Shown: one piece after another, positions 44,580 to 58,272 of the stretch | Position numbering within the stretch: the first letter of the stretch is position 1 | How the letters are laid out: each line of letters begins with the position of its first letter | Assembly (NCBI RefSeq): GCF_009914755.1 | Contig: NC_060929.1 | Origin: the human T2T-CHM13v2.0 reference genome, Homo sapiens | DNA: 64,000 nt | Strand: one strand, 5' to 3' | Notes under the pieces: generated by a model | The model's database searches: none | Seen by the model: the letters and a program-made list of their open reading frames with translations, nothing else | What the model was told of the DNA's origin: nothing | Translations under genes and position numbers: made by a program

Positions 44580-45110
44580 CGTGTAAATTATTCAAACAAT
44601 ACAGAAATGTATAGTAAAACGTGCCCCATATCCCATGACCCCTTATCTAAAAGTCATGATGTTAAAAGCTTTCAGGATATCCTTCTAGATATTTTCCATG
44701 TATGTAGAGCCCTTCCTTTTAAAAAGCACACATATACACACATATATATAAACATAAATGGGATTGTACTGCACACACTGTAATATACTTTGCTTTTACA
44801 TTTAATCATAGTTCTAAACATCTGTCCAAAACAGCATATATATACATCGACTTCTGACTGCATAGAATTCCATTGTACAGTAGATGTACCGTAATTTATT
44901 TCACCAATTTCCTGTTAATAGACATTTGTTTCCAGAGTCTTGCTCTGGAAGTCTGGACAAAGATTGCTGCAACGGATTCCTTTGCACATCTATCTATGTA
45001 CCAATACATTGGTAGACGTGATTCATAGAATTGGAGTTGCTAGGTTAAATCGTATGTTAAATATCTAAGTAGTGCTCCCTGCAGTTACGTTCCCAGCAAC
45101 TGTGCCAAAG
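44580..45110 (-). mobile_element. L1ME-like fragment
   Basis: CATAAATGGGATTGTACTG; GACTGCATAGAATTCCATTGTA; GATGTACCGTAATTTATT. Confidence 0.65.
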
Positions 45111-45371
45111 CTGCTTTTTAAACTCAGATGGAAACCACAATTGGACATTAACTTTATTTCTTATTCACTTATTACTTTTGTTATCTGGGTTTCTGTTCAG
45201 AGAAAGAATGACGTCTGACTTTTGTTCAAAAGACAAATGAGAAGCAGGTGAGTGATCTGCTTCAGTATAATGCTTTCTTTTGTTTAAAGTGCATTATGGG
45301 CAAAAGTTCTGTCTTATTGCTGAAAAGATGCTAGTGATTATTCTTATTCAAGAATTCAAGATATAGGCAAA

Positions 45372-45458
45372 CAGGAGGTCAAGGCTGCAGTGAGCTGTGA
45401 TTGCATCACTGCACTCCAGCCTGGGCAACAGAGCGTGACGCTGTCAAAAAAAAAAAAA
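45372..45458 (+). mobile_element. Severely 5'-truncated AluJ (about 85 bp)
   Basis: CAGGAGGTCAAGGCTGCAGTGAGC...poly-A; TSD AAGATAKAGGCA. Confidence 0.85.
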
Positions 45459-46989
45459 GATAGAGGCATATTAAGCTCTCAAGAAATGATGGAACTAGCA
45501 GAAAATCATTGGAGAGGCAGAATAGGGAATGCCACCAGGAATATAAAACCTGGTCTTCTAGATCCCAGGCTACAGAGGGGTTATTTCACCACAAATACAA
45601 AATGACTTTGAAAATAGAATTATATTCTAAATAGAATATAGGTAATAGAAAGATACCTTATTTAAAGACTGGAAGAAGATCCACATTTAGGGCTCATCAA
45701 TATACTGTGATCTCTGACCACCCAACCCTATACTTGACACTTCCCCTCTCTTCTCAGAATCTTTTAAAAGCAGTCTCAGAGTATATGCAGCAGTAGTAGT
45801 GGTGATGATGGAGATAATGGAGTTTTTTTGTTTGTTTGTTTTTTCTTTATCCCCAATATCCAGCGAGCTGCTTGGATAAATGCTTAAAACAAGATGAAAA
45901 TCTTTGTCCTGGATCTGTACATCCGTGTACTCTTTTTGCATCTGCTCTGCTGATATTTTCATGCTCCCTTGACACCTGCCTGCTATTTTAGAAGAGGTCT
46001 TTGTATCAAAGGAGGGGTAGGGGAGTCGGGCATTTCCTCTGCACTAGCGAAAGGGCTGCGGGGGAGCCTGAGCCCCAGCCTCACTTCAGGTGGCAGAGGC
46101 CTTGCTGCTGGTCTTTCTTGGAGAGGCTGTCTTAGAAGTAGGTAGCACCCTCTCCTGGGCTAAATGCAAACGATCTCTGTGTGTCCTGAAATCATCTGGG
46201 ATAATAGCAGGCATCTCCTTTTCTCTGGCAAGCTCTGCCCCATCACTGCCCCCTCCTGGCCCCTTCTATTTTTTTTTTATTTGAATGCCACACTGGACCA
46301 TTTACAAGTCCAAATGAGTCAGATTGGAGATTCTAAGTAAGACTGGTTAGGGAGCAGGAACTTATTTGAGTACTCACCGTGTGCAGGGCAGGGATGTGAA
46401 TATAAAATGAAATAAAAGCTTGGAGTCAGTATAGATAGAGAATATGAAGACTGAATGACTAAATGTTTATAAAATGCTATTTAAACAATTCCCAACATGC
46501 TAGAGGAACTCTGCATATGGTAGAAATCGTATAGCGGTGAGGTGATGTGTGCGACCTGGCAGTCTCTTCATGAAATGGCAGACCCTGAGAAAGGAGTTGT
46601 CCAAAGGAGGAGGGTAGAGCCTTAGCTTGCGAAGTCTCTGGAAAGAGATACACTGGAAGTTTCTTTTATTGAACAATTTAACAGAAAACTGCAAAATTCA
46701 AACTTTCAGGACTCTCCTACCACCACCTTCTACCCTCTTGTCTTTTCTTCACCAGTCATTTGTTTTTCTCAATGACATTTGCAGAAAATGAAGACATTTT
46801 AATGATACCTTCTCCTTTCTACTCAGCATTCTGGTTTCTGCTTCATCTGAACATTTACCCTAATACTTCATCGAACTCCATCTACATGCTACATACTGAT
46901 GACCATGGCTATTGTTCATTTTATCCCATAAGTCAAAGATTGTGTCTGTTTTGCTTGTTCAATTGTCAGTGTAACAATAATGAAAAATA

Positions 46990-47630
46990 ATGGTAATAAC
47001 TGTCACTTAGTGAGTTTTTACCTGAAGCCAAGCACATAATCATTTACCATTCTTTCAACTGATGCTCACAGTTACCTGATGGGATAAGAGCTTTATTATC
47101 CCAGTTTTTACAGATGAGAAAATTAAGGTTCAAAGCTATTCAGTAACTTGCCCAAGTTACAGAGATGGGACCTGAGCTTGGAAGTCTAGCTCTAAAGACC
47201 TTGTTCCTGTCCACTGTGAATATTGTTCTGCTTAGTATTCACAAGTAATAGATGAACGTTCAGGAATTCAGTGACTAAGGAAATAATCATGTTTCCAGGT
47301 ATAGTTCGTTGCATAAAAATTAATGTGACTTGAGACATCACAGAACTGAGCTAGGAGGGAAGTATAGCATTTCCAGTGTCTTCAGAGCAGTTTGTTAATA
47401 GAAGAGGTGTTGAGAGCTGGGTTGGCTTATTCCTAACAGAGCACAGAGCACTGACCTCCAGGGACACAGCCAAGACTTACTGAATACTTACTATGTTCCA
47501 GGCAGTGGGCTCAAAGCCCAGCGTGTTTTTCTATTTAATCCTCACAACAACCTCACCTTACAGAGGAGGCTCAGAAAGGTGAAGCAACTTGCCCAAGGTC
47601 ATCCAGCTAGTGGTTGGTGGAGTCAGGACA
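46990..47630 (-). mobile_element. Two MIR fragments (about 46990-47210 and 47475-47630)
   Basis: TTTTACAGATGAGAAAATTAAGG...AACTTGCCCAAG; TTTAATCCTCACAACAACC...AACTTGCCCAAGGTCA. Confidence 0.75.
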
Positions 47631-47943
47631 CTTCATTGCTCTGCTGGACTCCTCTCAGGTGCCCCTGGGGGAACTTCAGATTGTCTTATAGGCCCCAGCT
47701 TCCCAAAGGATGCCCTCTGAATGGAGGGAGGAAGTTAGAGGGAGGATCAGGGTCTACCAGGAGGCTGCCAAAGGTGTGCTCTGGGAAATGCTCCTGGTCT
47801 GGAGGGTTTGAGGGAGCATGTCTGCTCTAGGAAAATCCAAATGGGCTTAGAAGAATCATGTCAAGGCCCAGGATAAGACTGCAAATATGTTTGGAATCTA
47901 AGCCTGTAAAACCTGTAAAATGTGCCCTCTAGTTATCTTTGTG

Positions 47944-47945
47944 TT

Positions 47946-47977
<32 letters not shown>

Positions 47978-48251
47978 TGAGACAAGATCTCACTCTGTCG
48001 CCCAGGCTGGAGTGCGGTGGGGCAATCATGGCTCACTGAAGTCTCAACCTCCCAGGTTCAAGTGATCCTCCTGCTTAAGCCTCCCAAGTAGCTGGGACTA
48101 CAGGCACTGTGTCCAGCTATTTTCGTTGTTGTTGTTATTGTTTTGTAGAGACAGGGTCTTGCTATGTTGCCCAAACTCCTGGACTCAAGTAATCCGTCCA
48201 CCTTATCCTTCCAAAGTGCTGGGGTCACAGGCATGAGCCACCACTGCAGGC
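47944..48251 (-). mobile_element. AluJ with (GTTTT)n tail and small deletions
   Basis: GATCCTCCTGC; GTAGAGACAGGGTCTTGCTATGTTGCCCA. Confidence 0.88.
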
Positions 48252-48819
48252 ATAAGGCCTCTAGAAGGCCTAAGGCTTCTTAAGAAGTCAGAATGTGTCT
48301 TATAATTTTATAGTACCTAACTTTGCTGGCCACACCATAGGTACTTAATAGATACGAAGGAACAAGTGAATGAATCAATGAATGACAAGGAGAAGGCAGC
48401 CTATGTGTGGGTAGCAGTCTGCTTAGGAACCCTTTCCTCCAGATACACGTATAAAGTAATGGTTCTGGTTGCTCTTATGAAAAGTTTGTGAAATATGTTT
48501 TCAAGTTGGATTTGAGTGTGGGGCTCTGGAGACAGTGCCTGGGTTCAAATTCTTGCTCTGCCATCCCTAGTGATTGTCTGTGGCAAGTCAGTGAACCTAT
48601 CCAGGCCCCTTGCTGTGAGCTGCAGGTGAAGCACCTGGCTAGAGGAAGCGCTTGGTAAATCCCAGCTATGCTAATCACAGTACCAAAGCCCAGTCCAGCT
48701 GGAGGCAGTGCATCCGCCGTGGTTTACAAAGGCACCAGGGAATTGTTTCCCTCAGCATGTGAGCGTAAAATTCTCAGTCCCAAGTTGAACCCAAATGTGC
48801 AGGAACAAACACCTGGCCC

Positions 48820-49270
48820 CAAATATAATTTCCTCCCGCAGCTCATTGCAGCCCCGAGGAAATCACCGGGGGAGGGCTCGGGAGTGCGGCGCGGCAGCCC
48901 CATAATTTCCAGGGCCCTTCTCCTACACTGACACGTAATTGTCAGATTGTTTTATGAGAGCAGCTTCCTGCCCGCTTCCTGCCTGGCTTCCAAATGTGCT
49001 CATTCCCGAGGAAGCCTCACTTCTCCTTCTCGCCCTTAATCGCTCCTTTCCTGCCCGCCCCAGCCCCCAGGCTGGGCGATTTCCTAAATCACTCGGAATT
49101 GGCTTCCAGCGCCGGCGCCCCGGGTGGGCTCCCGGAGCGCGCGGGCCTGTGACCCGGAGGTCAGAGATGCCTCCGTCCTGTTTGATGTCTTGCCCTGGGG
49201 GCCTTCCCTCGCCCACCCCCTTTCCCCTCCCCTCCGGAGCTGATTTGGCTCCTGAAGTCAGGGAGAGATA
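48820..49270. promoter_or_regulatory. CpG-rich non-repeat island, candidate enhancer or orphan CpG island
   Basis: About 27 CpG in about 400 bp by manual count, GC-rich, no repeat similarity; clustered TALE/HOX/ETS-like motifs. Confidence 0.65.
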
Positions 49271-49793
49271 ATTCCCTGATCTGTTGCTCTTTGCTCTCCC
49301 TCCTGGGCTGGAGAGCAGGAGCCCTGCCTGGGTCCTCAGCCCACTCCCCTTCCCCACCCAAATGGGGCAATTCCAAATATTCCACCCTGAAGGAACTCCT
49401 TTCCTTAGGACCATTTCCCTGTCTCTCCAAAAGCCAACTGTTAGGAGGAAGTGATAAGCCCTAACGCTTTTAGCTTAATTTTCCCCATTTGAAGAATTTC
49501 CGAGGAAGCATCATGGGGCTTTTTATATCTTAACTGTGTATTTTTTTATTACTAAAGAAATATGCAATCACGGTAAAAAATTTCAAACAGATCGTTTCCA
49601 GACGGAACCACAGTTAACAGTATTTTGCGTATCCTTCCAGAAGTGTTCCATACACATACAAGCATATAAAAGTATATATATGTTTTTTCTTTGCTTTACA
49701 CAAATGGGAGCATATTGGACATCTTGTTCTACAACTTGCTTTTTTTTATTTAGCACATTTTGGATGTTTTCCATTTCAATAAATCTAGCTTTA

Positions 49794-49940
<147 letters not shown>

Positions 49941-50363
49941 GTTCGTGCCAGTGAAAACTCCAGTAAAAGTGTGTGGTTGCACGTACCATCACAAACACAC
50001 ATACAATCAAACTTTTTAACAGTCCTAAAAGAAATTTTAGTATTATTTAACTATTTAGGGGTGGGCTTCTAACCTTATTCCCAAATAATGACTGATTATT
50101 TTCTGTGATTCTCAGCTCATGAAAATTTGACCATTTTTCTATTATTTATCTGCATCTTACTGATTTGAAGATCTCTTCATCTAAATAGGAAAATAATGCT
50201 TTTCTATCATAGATTTTATCCGTAGTTCTCAACTTTATCATTTGTCATTTAGGCTTGTTTATGATATATTTTTCACAAATATTTTAAAAATTATTTATTA
50301 TAGTAGTGAATTTATCAATTCTTTCGTTTTTTGCTTCTGGACATGCTTAGAAACCCTTCCATA

Positions 50364-50703
<340 letters not shown>

Positions 50704-51833
50704 CTATAAACTAAGCATTTTTGAAAAATAACTCATGTTTTCCTTTGTATTTTTCACATTTAAATCTTTAAAATGTTGAGGGGAAAATAAATCATATAAT
50801 ACAGGTCAGACATTATTTCCCACCTCCCTTATCAGGTATTCTCATGCTATTCATTAACTAATGTGTCCTTTCTTGGCAGTTTTAAAAAATAAAATGTCTT
50901 CATATAAGGAAAACACTTATTGTTTCATAATGATAGCTTTCCCAATATGTGAAGCTCTTTAGAGAAGAAAATAATTTGATCCTTAGCAGCTTTAAAGATG
51001 ATGAGACCCATCTTCCAGAAAAAACAGGTTCATTGCTTATATTTGACTAGTCTTAGTGAAATGAGTGGCCCATAAGATGGATTCTCAGTGGCTGTTTTCC
51101 CCTCATTCATTAGGCAAGCCCTCATTGCTACTGTGTAAAGTGGTCTATGGCATCACAGGAATGACCATGTCTAATTTTTGCCCTCAGGAAGTATATAATC
51201 AAACAGGAAAATGTCAGACCTTTATTTTCTGGAGGGGTCTGGCTGCACGTGCGTACGTGTGTGTGTTTGTGTGTGTTTACTGTGGGTTCCTAGGGCTTTG
51301 AAAATGTAAAGAAAGGAGATTCAGATTCGTTTAGTTGATTATTTCAGGAAATACACTGTTGAATAGTTGAAAGTTGGAATAGAACATCGGAAAGTATTGT
51401 AAGGAACATGCATTTTAGAAATGCATACTCTGTGTGAATATTCCTGTTTATTTTCATTTGTCAAAGAAGCAAAGTCCTTTTTGGGTACAGACCCCTCAGA
51501 TTTAGAATTTCAGAGTCGGGAGATAGGAAGGAGACTAACTTGTTAGTTATTCCTGTATGTTGCTTATCATACCCATTTTACTGAATGAAAACTCCATGTC
51601 TTACCCACAGGTATTATTACCAAGTAGCAGAGGTACAATTGCATGCAGCTTTCTCAACTCAAGAGTTGTGGTGGACATTTTTAGTTGCCTACCCAGTAGC
51701 TACTCCCCCAACCCTTTCCTGGCTAAGAAAATTGATTTTGTATGAGGTGAGAGTGCCCAGCCTGAGGCAAGAATGCCACTGAATTCCCTTCCTAAATCAC
51801 CCTTTTATAGACTCTCTTTTGCAGCTAGGGGAC

Positions 51834-52536
51834 TGTATTAGTTTGCTAGGGCTGTTACAACAAAATCCCAGATTGAGTGGCTTAAGCAACACAAATTTAT
51901 TTTCTGGGTTCTGGAGTCTAGAAGTCCAAGATCAAGGTGTCAGCAGGGTTGGTTTCTCATGAGGCTCTCTTTCTGGCTTGCAAATGGCTGTTTTCTTGCT
52001 ACGTGCTCACATGGTCTTTCCTCTGTGTGTGCATGTCCCTGGTGTCTCTTTGTGTGTCCAAATTTCCTCTTTTTTTTTTTTTTTTTTAAGACAGAGTTTC
52101 ACTCTTGTCACCCAGGCTGGAGAGCAGTGGCATGATCTCGGCTGACTATAACCTCCGCCTCCTGAGTTTAAGTGATTTTCCTGCCTCAGCCTCTCAAGTA
52201 GCTGGGATTATAGGTGCCTGCCACCACACCTGGCTAATTTTTGTATTTTTAGTAAAGATGGGATTTTACCATGTTGGCCAGGCTGTTTTCGAACTCCTGA
52301 CCTCAAGTGATCCACCCGCTTCATCCTCTCAAAGTGCTGGGATTACAGGCATGTGCTGCCATGCCTGGCCCCAAATTTCCTCTTCTAACAAGGATGCCAG
52401 CGAGATTGGATTCGGGCCCACCCTACTGGCTCCATTTTAACCTTTTTAATGGCTCTATCTCCAAACGGATTCACATTCTGAGATACTAGAGATTAGAGTT
52501 GATAAATTTATGGGGGACACCATTCAGACCATAACA
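51834..52536 (-). mobile_element. MLT1A0-like solo LTR containing an Alu
   Basis: TGTATTAGTTTGCTAGGGCTG...CATTCAGACCATAACA; perfect TSD GGGAC at 51829-51833 and 52537-52541. Confidence 0.88.
52070..52370 (-). mobile_element. AluS nested in MLT1A0
   Basis: Full dimer; TSD CCAAATTTCCTCTT. Confidence 0.93.
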
Positions 52537-53022
52537 GGGACCAAATCTAGTCTGGCCATTGAGACCTAAGGAGAAATCTACTGGGTGCTACTGGGCTGGA
52601 TTTCCTTCTCAGATCAGTAGGCCCTTGTGAAGAGAAGACTTTTGTCTCCCTGCCTGGCTCTCCTGCTTGGGACACTGACACCTGGAGCTGTGGCAGCTAT
52701 CTTGTACTCATGAATTGAAAAGTATAAACACAAAAACCCTTTATGCCAGGTGTGGTTAAGCTGAAGAATGAATGGAAAGACCTGCAACCTTCACAAAATT
52801 GTTGAGTTGTTGAATGAATCTTCAGATCATGCATTTCCAGACTTCTTGTTAAGTAACAAATAAAAGCCTTTATAGGAGTTCTGTTCTTGTTTATTAGGTT
52901 TTCTGTTATAGCAGCTGAAAAACATGTCTAACTAATATGCAACTTCATTGTTTCTTCACTGAACTATACTGACTCCAGGGAGATCATGGCTGATCTGTCT
53001 TGTGTTAATTTTAAAACACTAG

Positions 53023-53340
53023 GGCCAGGTGTGGTGGCTCTTACCTGTAATCCCAGCACTTTGGGAGGCTGAGATGGGAGGATCACTTGAGGCGAGGAGT
53101 TTGAGATCAGCCTGGGCAACATAGCAAGCAAGACCTTGTCTCTACAAAATAACAAATAATTAGCTGGGTGTGGTGGCATATGCCTGTAGTCCCAGCTACT
53201 TGGGAGGCTGAGGTGGGAGGATCTCTTGAGCCCAGGAGGTCGATCGAGGCTGCAGTGAGCTATGATCATGCCACTGCACTGCAGTCTGAGTGACAAAGTG
53301 AGAACCGGTCTCAATAAATAAATAAATAGGAAAAAGAAAA
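53023..53340 (+). mobile_element. AluJo/Jr
   Basis: GGAGGATCACTTGAGG; GAGGCTGCAGTGAGCTATGATC; TSD AAAACACT. Confidence 0.9.
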
Positions 53341-53984
53341 ACACTGGGATGCTAGTTAAACTTCTCCAGCTTCCCTCAACTGTTAAGGACCATCAGCCAA
53401 GAATTCACCCTAAACCTTCCTGAGCCCTTTTACCTTTTTATGTTCCTGCCAACTCCCCAGGTAGAGAGTTTCAGGAGCTTACTTCCTACTAAGTGTGGCT
53501 TTTGTTTCCTTCTAAAATTATTCCTATAAAGTTCTCAGAACTATCGGGGTTCTCATAGTCCAGGATTTGATGGACAAATCTACATTCTGTCTATGCACAA
53601 ACTCTGATTTTTATGGACCTTAAACTTACCTCTCCATACTCTGAACATTAGAACAAGAGGCTGGGTGTACCAGAAGGGATTTGATTTTCATTCTAGAGCC
53701 TTCTCTGCAGTTTTACTTTTCCATTATTACTTTTATTATTTGTATGTACTTGTATCATTTGTACAATGAGTACAAATTGCGATAACCTGTAAGGTAGAGG
53801 AGGGAGGAAAAACAGAGCCCATCAGTCTTCCTTTTTCGAAGTAAGTGCCCTGAGAGTTTTCCTGCTTCATTCGATGTTATTTTGTCTCTTTGAGTTAACT
53901 TTCAAGAATGTATTTCCTCCATCTTGTAAAGGGAGAAATGGTAGAATGGTAGGTGCTAGGGTGGTGGCAAGTGAGAAACAATCT

Positions 53985-54210
53985 TTGGAGTTACTCTCTC
54001 TAGGTCTGAATTCGGCCTCAGCCTCCTTACCAGCTCTATGACCTTGGGCCCTACCCAGCCTCTCTAGGCTTCAGTTCCCTCATGTAAGACATGGAGATGT
54101 AATTAGTGCCCATGTCATAGAGTTGTTGAGAGGTCTCAATATCTAATGGTAGGCCAGTGTGTGGCTCAGAGCCTAGCCTATTATAAACACTTGCTGAGTA
54201 TCTATTGCTA
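53985..54210 (+). mobile_element. MIR
   Basis: ATGACCTTGGGC...GCTTCAGTTCCCTCATGTAAG...CATAGAGTTGTTGAGAGG. Confidence 0.7.
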
Positions 54211-54263
54211 TTAGATTTTTATGCTGTGGCATCATCATAGACTTTATTTTTTCATATTTATAA

Positions 54264-54557
54264 TTTTTTTTTTTTTTTGAGACAGAGTCTCACTCTGTCA
54301 CCAGGTGGACTGTAGTAACGCAATCTCGGCTCACTGCAACCTCTGCCTCCTGGGTTCAAACAATTCTTCTGCCCCAGCCTCCCTAGTAGCTGGGATTACA
54401 GGCACCCGCCACCACGCCTAGCTAATTTTTTTGTATTTTTAGTAGAGACAGGTTTCACCATGTTGGCCAGGATGGTCTCGATCTTTTGACCTCGTGATCC
54501 GCCCGCCTTGGCCTCCCAAAGTGCTGGGATTACAGGCGTGAGCCACCGCACTCAGCC
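54264..54557 (-). mobile_element. AluSc
   Basis: GGCCAGGATGGTCTCGATCT; TSD TCATATTT. Confidence 0.92.
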
Positions 54558-54564
54558 TCATATT

Positions 54565-54860
54565 TGCATTTTTTGCTTTATATTTTGGCATAATTTTAGG
54601 GTCAAAGAAATAGTACGAAGAGGGTACACAGAATTTTCATATACTGCCGACTCAGTTTCCCCCATTGTTAACATTTTACATTGCCATGGTACATTTGTCA
54701 AAACTAAGAAACCAAGAGACATTGGTACATTACTATGAACTAAACTCTAGGATGCAGTCCGGGGTACATTGCACTTAGCTGTCGTGTCTCCCCAGGCTCC
54801 TCTGTTCTGAGAGTTGCCTAGTTTTCCCCTATTTTTCATGACCTTAACAGTCTTAAGAAG
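54565..54860 (-). mobile_element. L1MC-type 3' end
   Basis: CAGTTTCCCCCATTGTTAACATTTTACATTGCCATGGTACATTTGTCAAAACTAAG. Confidence 0.7.
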
Positions 54861-54943
54861 TGAGTCCTGGACTCTTGAGTAGAAGCCAAAAAATCCACGC
54901 TACTTCCCCCGGACCAAATCTTTTCTGTTCCAGAGACTTCTGA

Positions 54944-55300
<357 letters not shown>

Positions 55301-55884
55301 TGAACTGTGTTTTCTAAATAATAAACCCTCTAAACAACTCTGTGGCATGGATACTAATTTCATCCCCATGTCTTAGATGAGAGAACTAAAACTGAGAGAG
55401 GTTAAGGTAGTTTCCCCTCTGAGGGTGTACTCTGTCTTTGGAGGACACCCTTTTAGATGACTCCATTCGCAAATGGAACTTGTCCAAGGAGGATAATGTG
55501 AGGACCAAGGGAGAGTTCTCATTGGCCCTCCAAAGTCTCGCTGAAAAATCACCTTGTGAAAAGCAGGTTAATTGGAGAAAAGACATACAAATGTACTTAA
55601 CACGTATATACAAGAGCCTTCAGAATGAAGATACAATGACACAGGGGAAATTGTCTATTTTTATGGTTAGGTTCAACAAATTACAGGCAGTTGGGTAGAA
55701 ATATGATTGGACCAAACAGGTATGCTGTAATGCTAATAGACTAAGTGGGGAACCCCAGCCAGGCCTATCTGTCTAGATTGTTGTGGGCCTCTCTGAACTT
55801 GTATTCCTTCCTTCTGGGTGTGAAGCAGGACCTTTTCTGGAATCTGGGTCTTTTGGCCTGCAGTCAAACAAGGTAGGTCAGACC

Positions 55885-56515
<631 letters not shown>

Positions 56516-57962
56516 AGAACATTTCTTTTTAATGGCCAGTTTTTGACACAGAAAGGCAGAGTAAAAGTTAGCCTAATATTTTTAGGTTTTATGGCTGGGT
56601 TTGGGGAAAACGGATTTTGGTTTTTACGACCCACTTTGGGGAAGAGGGATCCTAGTTTCCATGCCTTACCCCAGGGAGAATGGGACTGAGAGACAGGAAG
56701 GCAGGGAAGGTCAGAGAAATACTTTTGCTTCTGAGGCTGTTTCTTGGGTCTTCATTTTGGGATCTTGTTTTCTGAGCCCCAACAATGGAATGGGGATTTA
56801 TGGGCAAAGTAGAATGTCCTGGGGAAACTTGGATGTATTTGTGGTAAGCCTGGAGACGGCTGACTCTTGCTTCTCATTTCTGTTGGGCACTGGAGGACAT
56901 CAGAAGCTCTCCTGGTCAACCTTCATCAGGAACACCCCTCCTCGGACCATGTTGGATAGCCCTATGATTACCCCTTCAAGGGATATGGTCCATAGCCCTA
57001 CGGTTACCCCTTCGAGTTCCAGGTGTATGCAGGGACGGGAGGAGAATGCATCACTAAATGAAGAAGAAAGTCTTCAGTTAAACTGATCCACAGTTGTACA
57101 CTAATACCTTCAGGGGCTTCAGACTTGTCCATTCATGGTCAAGTTCAGACAGCCCCGAAGGACATCTGAGGCCCATTAAGTCCAGATTTACATTCTTCTC
57201 CAACAAATGGCAGTACTTCAGAAAGTTTGTTTATTTAATTTAAAGTACAATTAAAAAAAAAATGTAGCCCCTAGAGTACAGGAGTTTATGGGATTTAGTG
57301 CCCCTCTTTCTGGGGTAGAATAAACAAAACAGGGCGAGGGCAAATCCTATAGGGTTCTTCCTCTCTTCCCATGGATGCCTAGTCTTTTTTTTTGTTTATA
57401 ATATTGTTTGTGAAACTTACATGTGGGAAGGAAAAAAGATTGTTTTGTTTTCTCTTGAGCAGAGTTGTTTGTGTTCATATATCGGAAGCTGATTAGTTTT
57501 GGAAAACCTAATTTCTTATCACTTTTCAACTGACTTTATTCCTCCTACTTCAAGTTGCAAATTTAATTTTACTGACCATAATATGTGAAGTTTGGGGAAA
57601 AATCTTGGATGTGGTGGAACTAAAGAATCTAAAACTGTTCTTTGTGCAAATGTCGAGGGAGGGGGCCAGAGGGCTGTTCCTGAACAGTTCTCCTCCTTAA
57701 GGCTTCGTTTAGCCTGCAGGGTTGACTGATCCTAGCAGAGCTTTTAAGCTCTTTGCCACTTTGGGGTGGAGTGGGGATCAAGATAGAGGGCATGGCCAAG
57801 GACAGCTGGGAAGACTAGTCAGAGGAGAAGAGAGATGACCTATAAATAACAAATTATGATTACAGTTTTCTAAAAAGATGCAGGTCTTAGTATTAAACTT
57901 CTTGAAATGCTGCACAACTGTCAGTCATTGATGTGAAAAATTTATAGAAAAAGTCAATGCTT

Positions 57963-58272
57963 GGCTGGGTACGGTGGCTCACGCCAGTAATCCCAGCACT
58001 TTGGGAGGCCGAGGCAGGCAGATCACCTGAGGTCGGGAGTTTGAGACAAGCCTGACCACCATGGTGAAACCCCGTCTCTACTAAAAATACAAAAAATTAG
58101 CCGGGTGTGGTGGCGCATGCCCGTAATCCCAGCTACTTGGGAGGCTGAGGCAGGAGAATCGCTTGAACCCGGGAGGCGGAGGTTGTGGTGAGCTGAGATA
58201 TCACGCCATTGCACTCCAGCCTGGCAGCCTGGGCGACAAGAGTGAAACTCTGTCAAAAAAAAAAAAAAAAAA
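57963..58272 (+). mobile_element. AluSp/Sq-like with internal 8-bp duplication CAGCCTGG
   Basis: GGTCGGGAG, CTGACC; CCAGCCTGGCAGCCTGGG; TSD AAAAAGTCAATGCTT. Confidence 0.93.

Larger units (their letters stand above)
51668..52938 (+). mobile_element. Old MLT1 (K/L-type) LTR split by MLT1A0
   Basis: TGTGGTGGACAT...TTGCAGCTAGGGGAC | CAAATCTAGTCTGGCCATTGAGA...CTGGAGCTGTGGCAGCTATCTTG...TAACTAATA. Confidence 0.65.

Noticed and set aside
48695-48709. CTCF-like CCAGCTGGAGGCAGT next to the CpG-rich element
   Set aside because: Two mismatches at core positions; not supportable without PWM scoring or ChIP data.
48923-49430. ORFs of 163, 110 and 89 aa over the CpG-rich element
   Set aside because: Open on both strands because of high GC, with no recognisable domain or exon structure.
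58215-58235. Alu internal duplication resembling the AluYb8 insertion
   Set aside because: The sequence (CAGCCTGG) differs from the Yb8 insertion and sits in an Sp/Sq background; a private slippage event.
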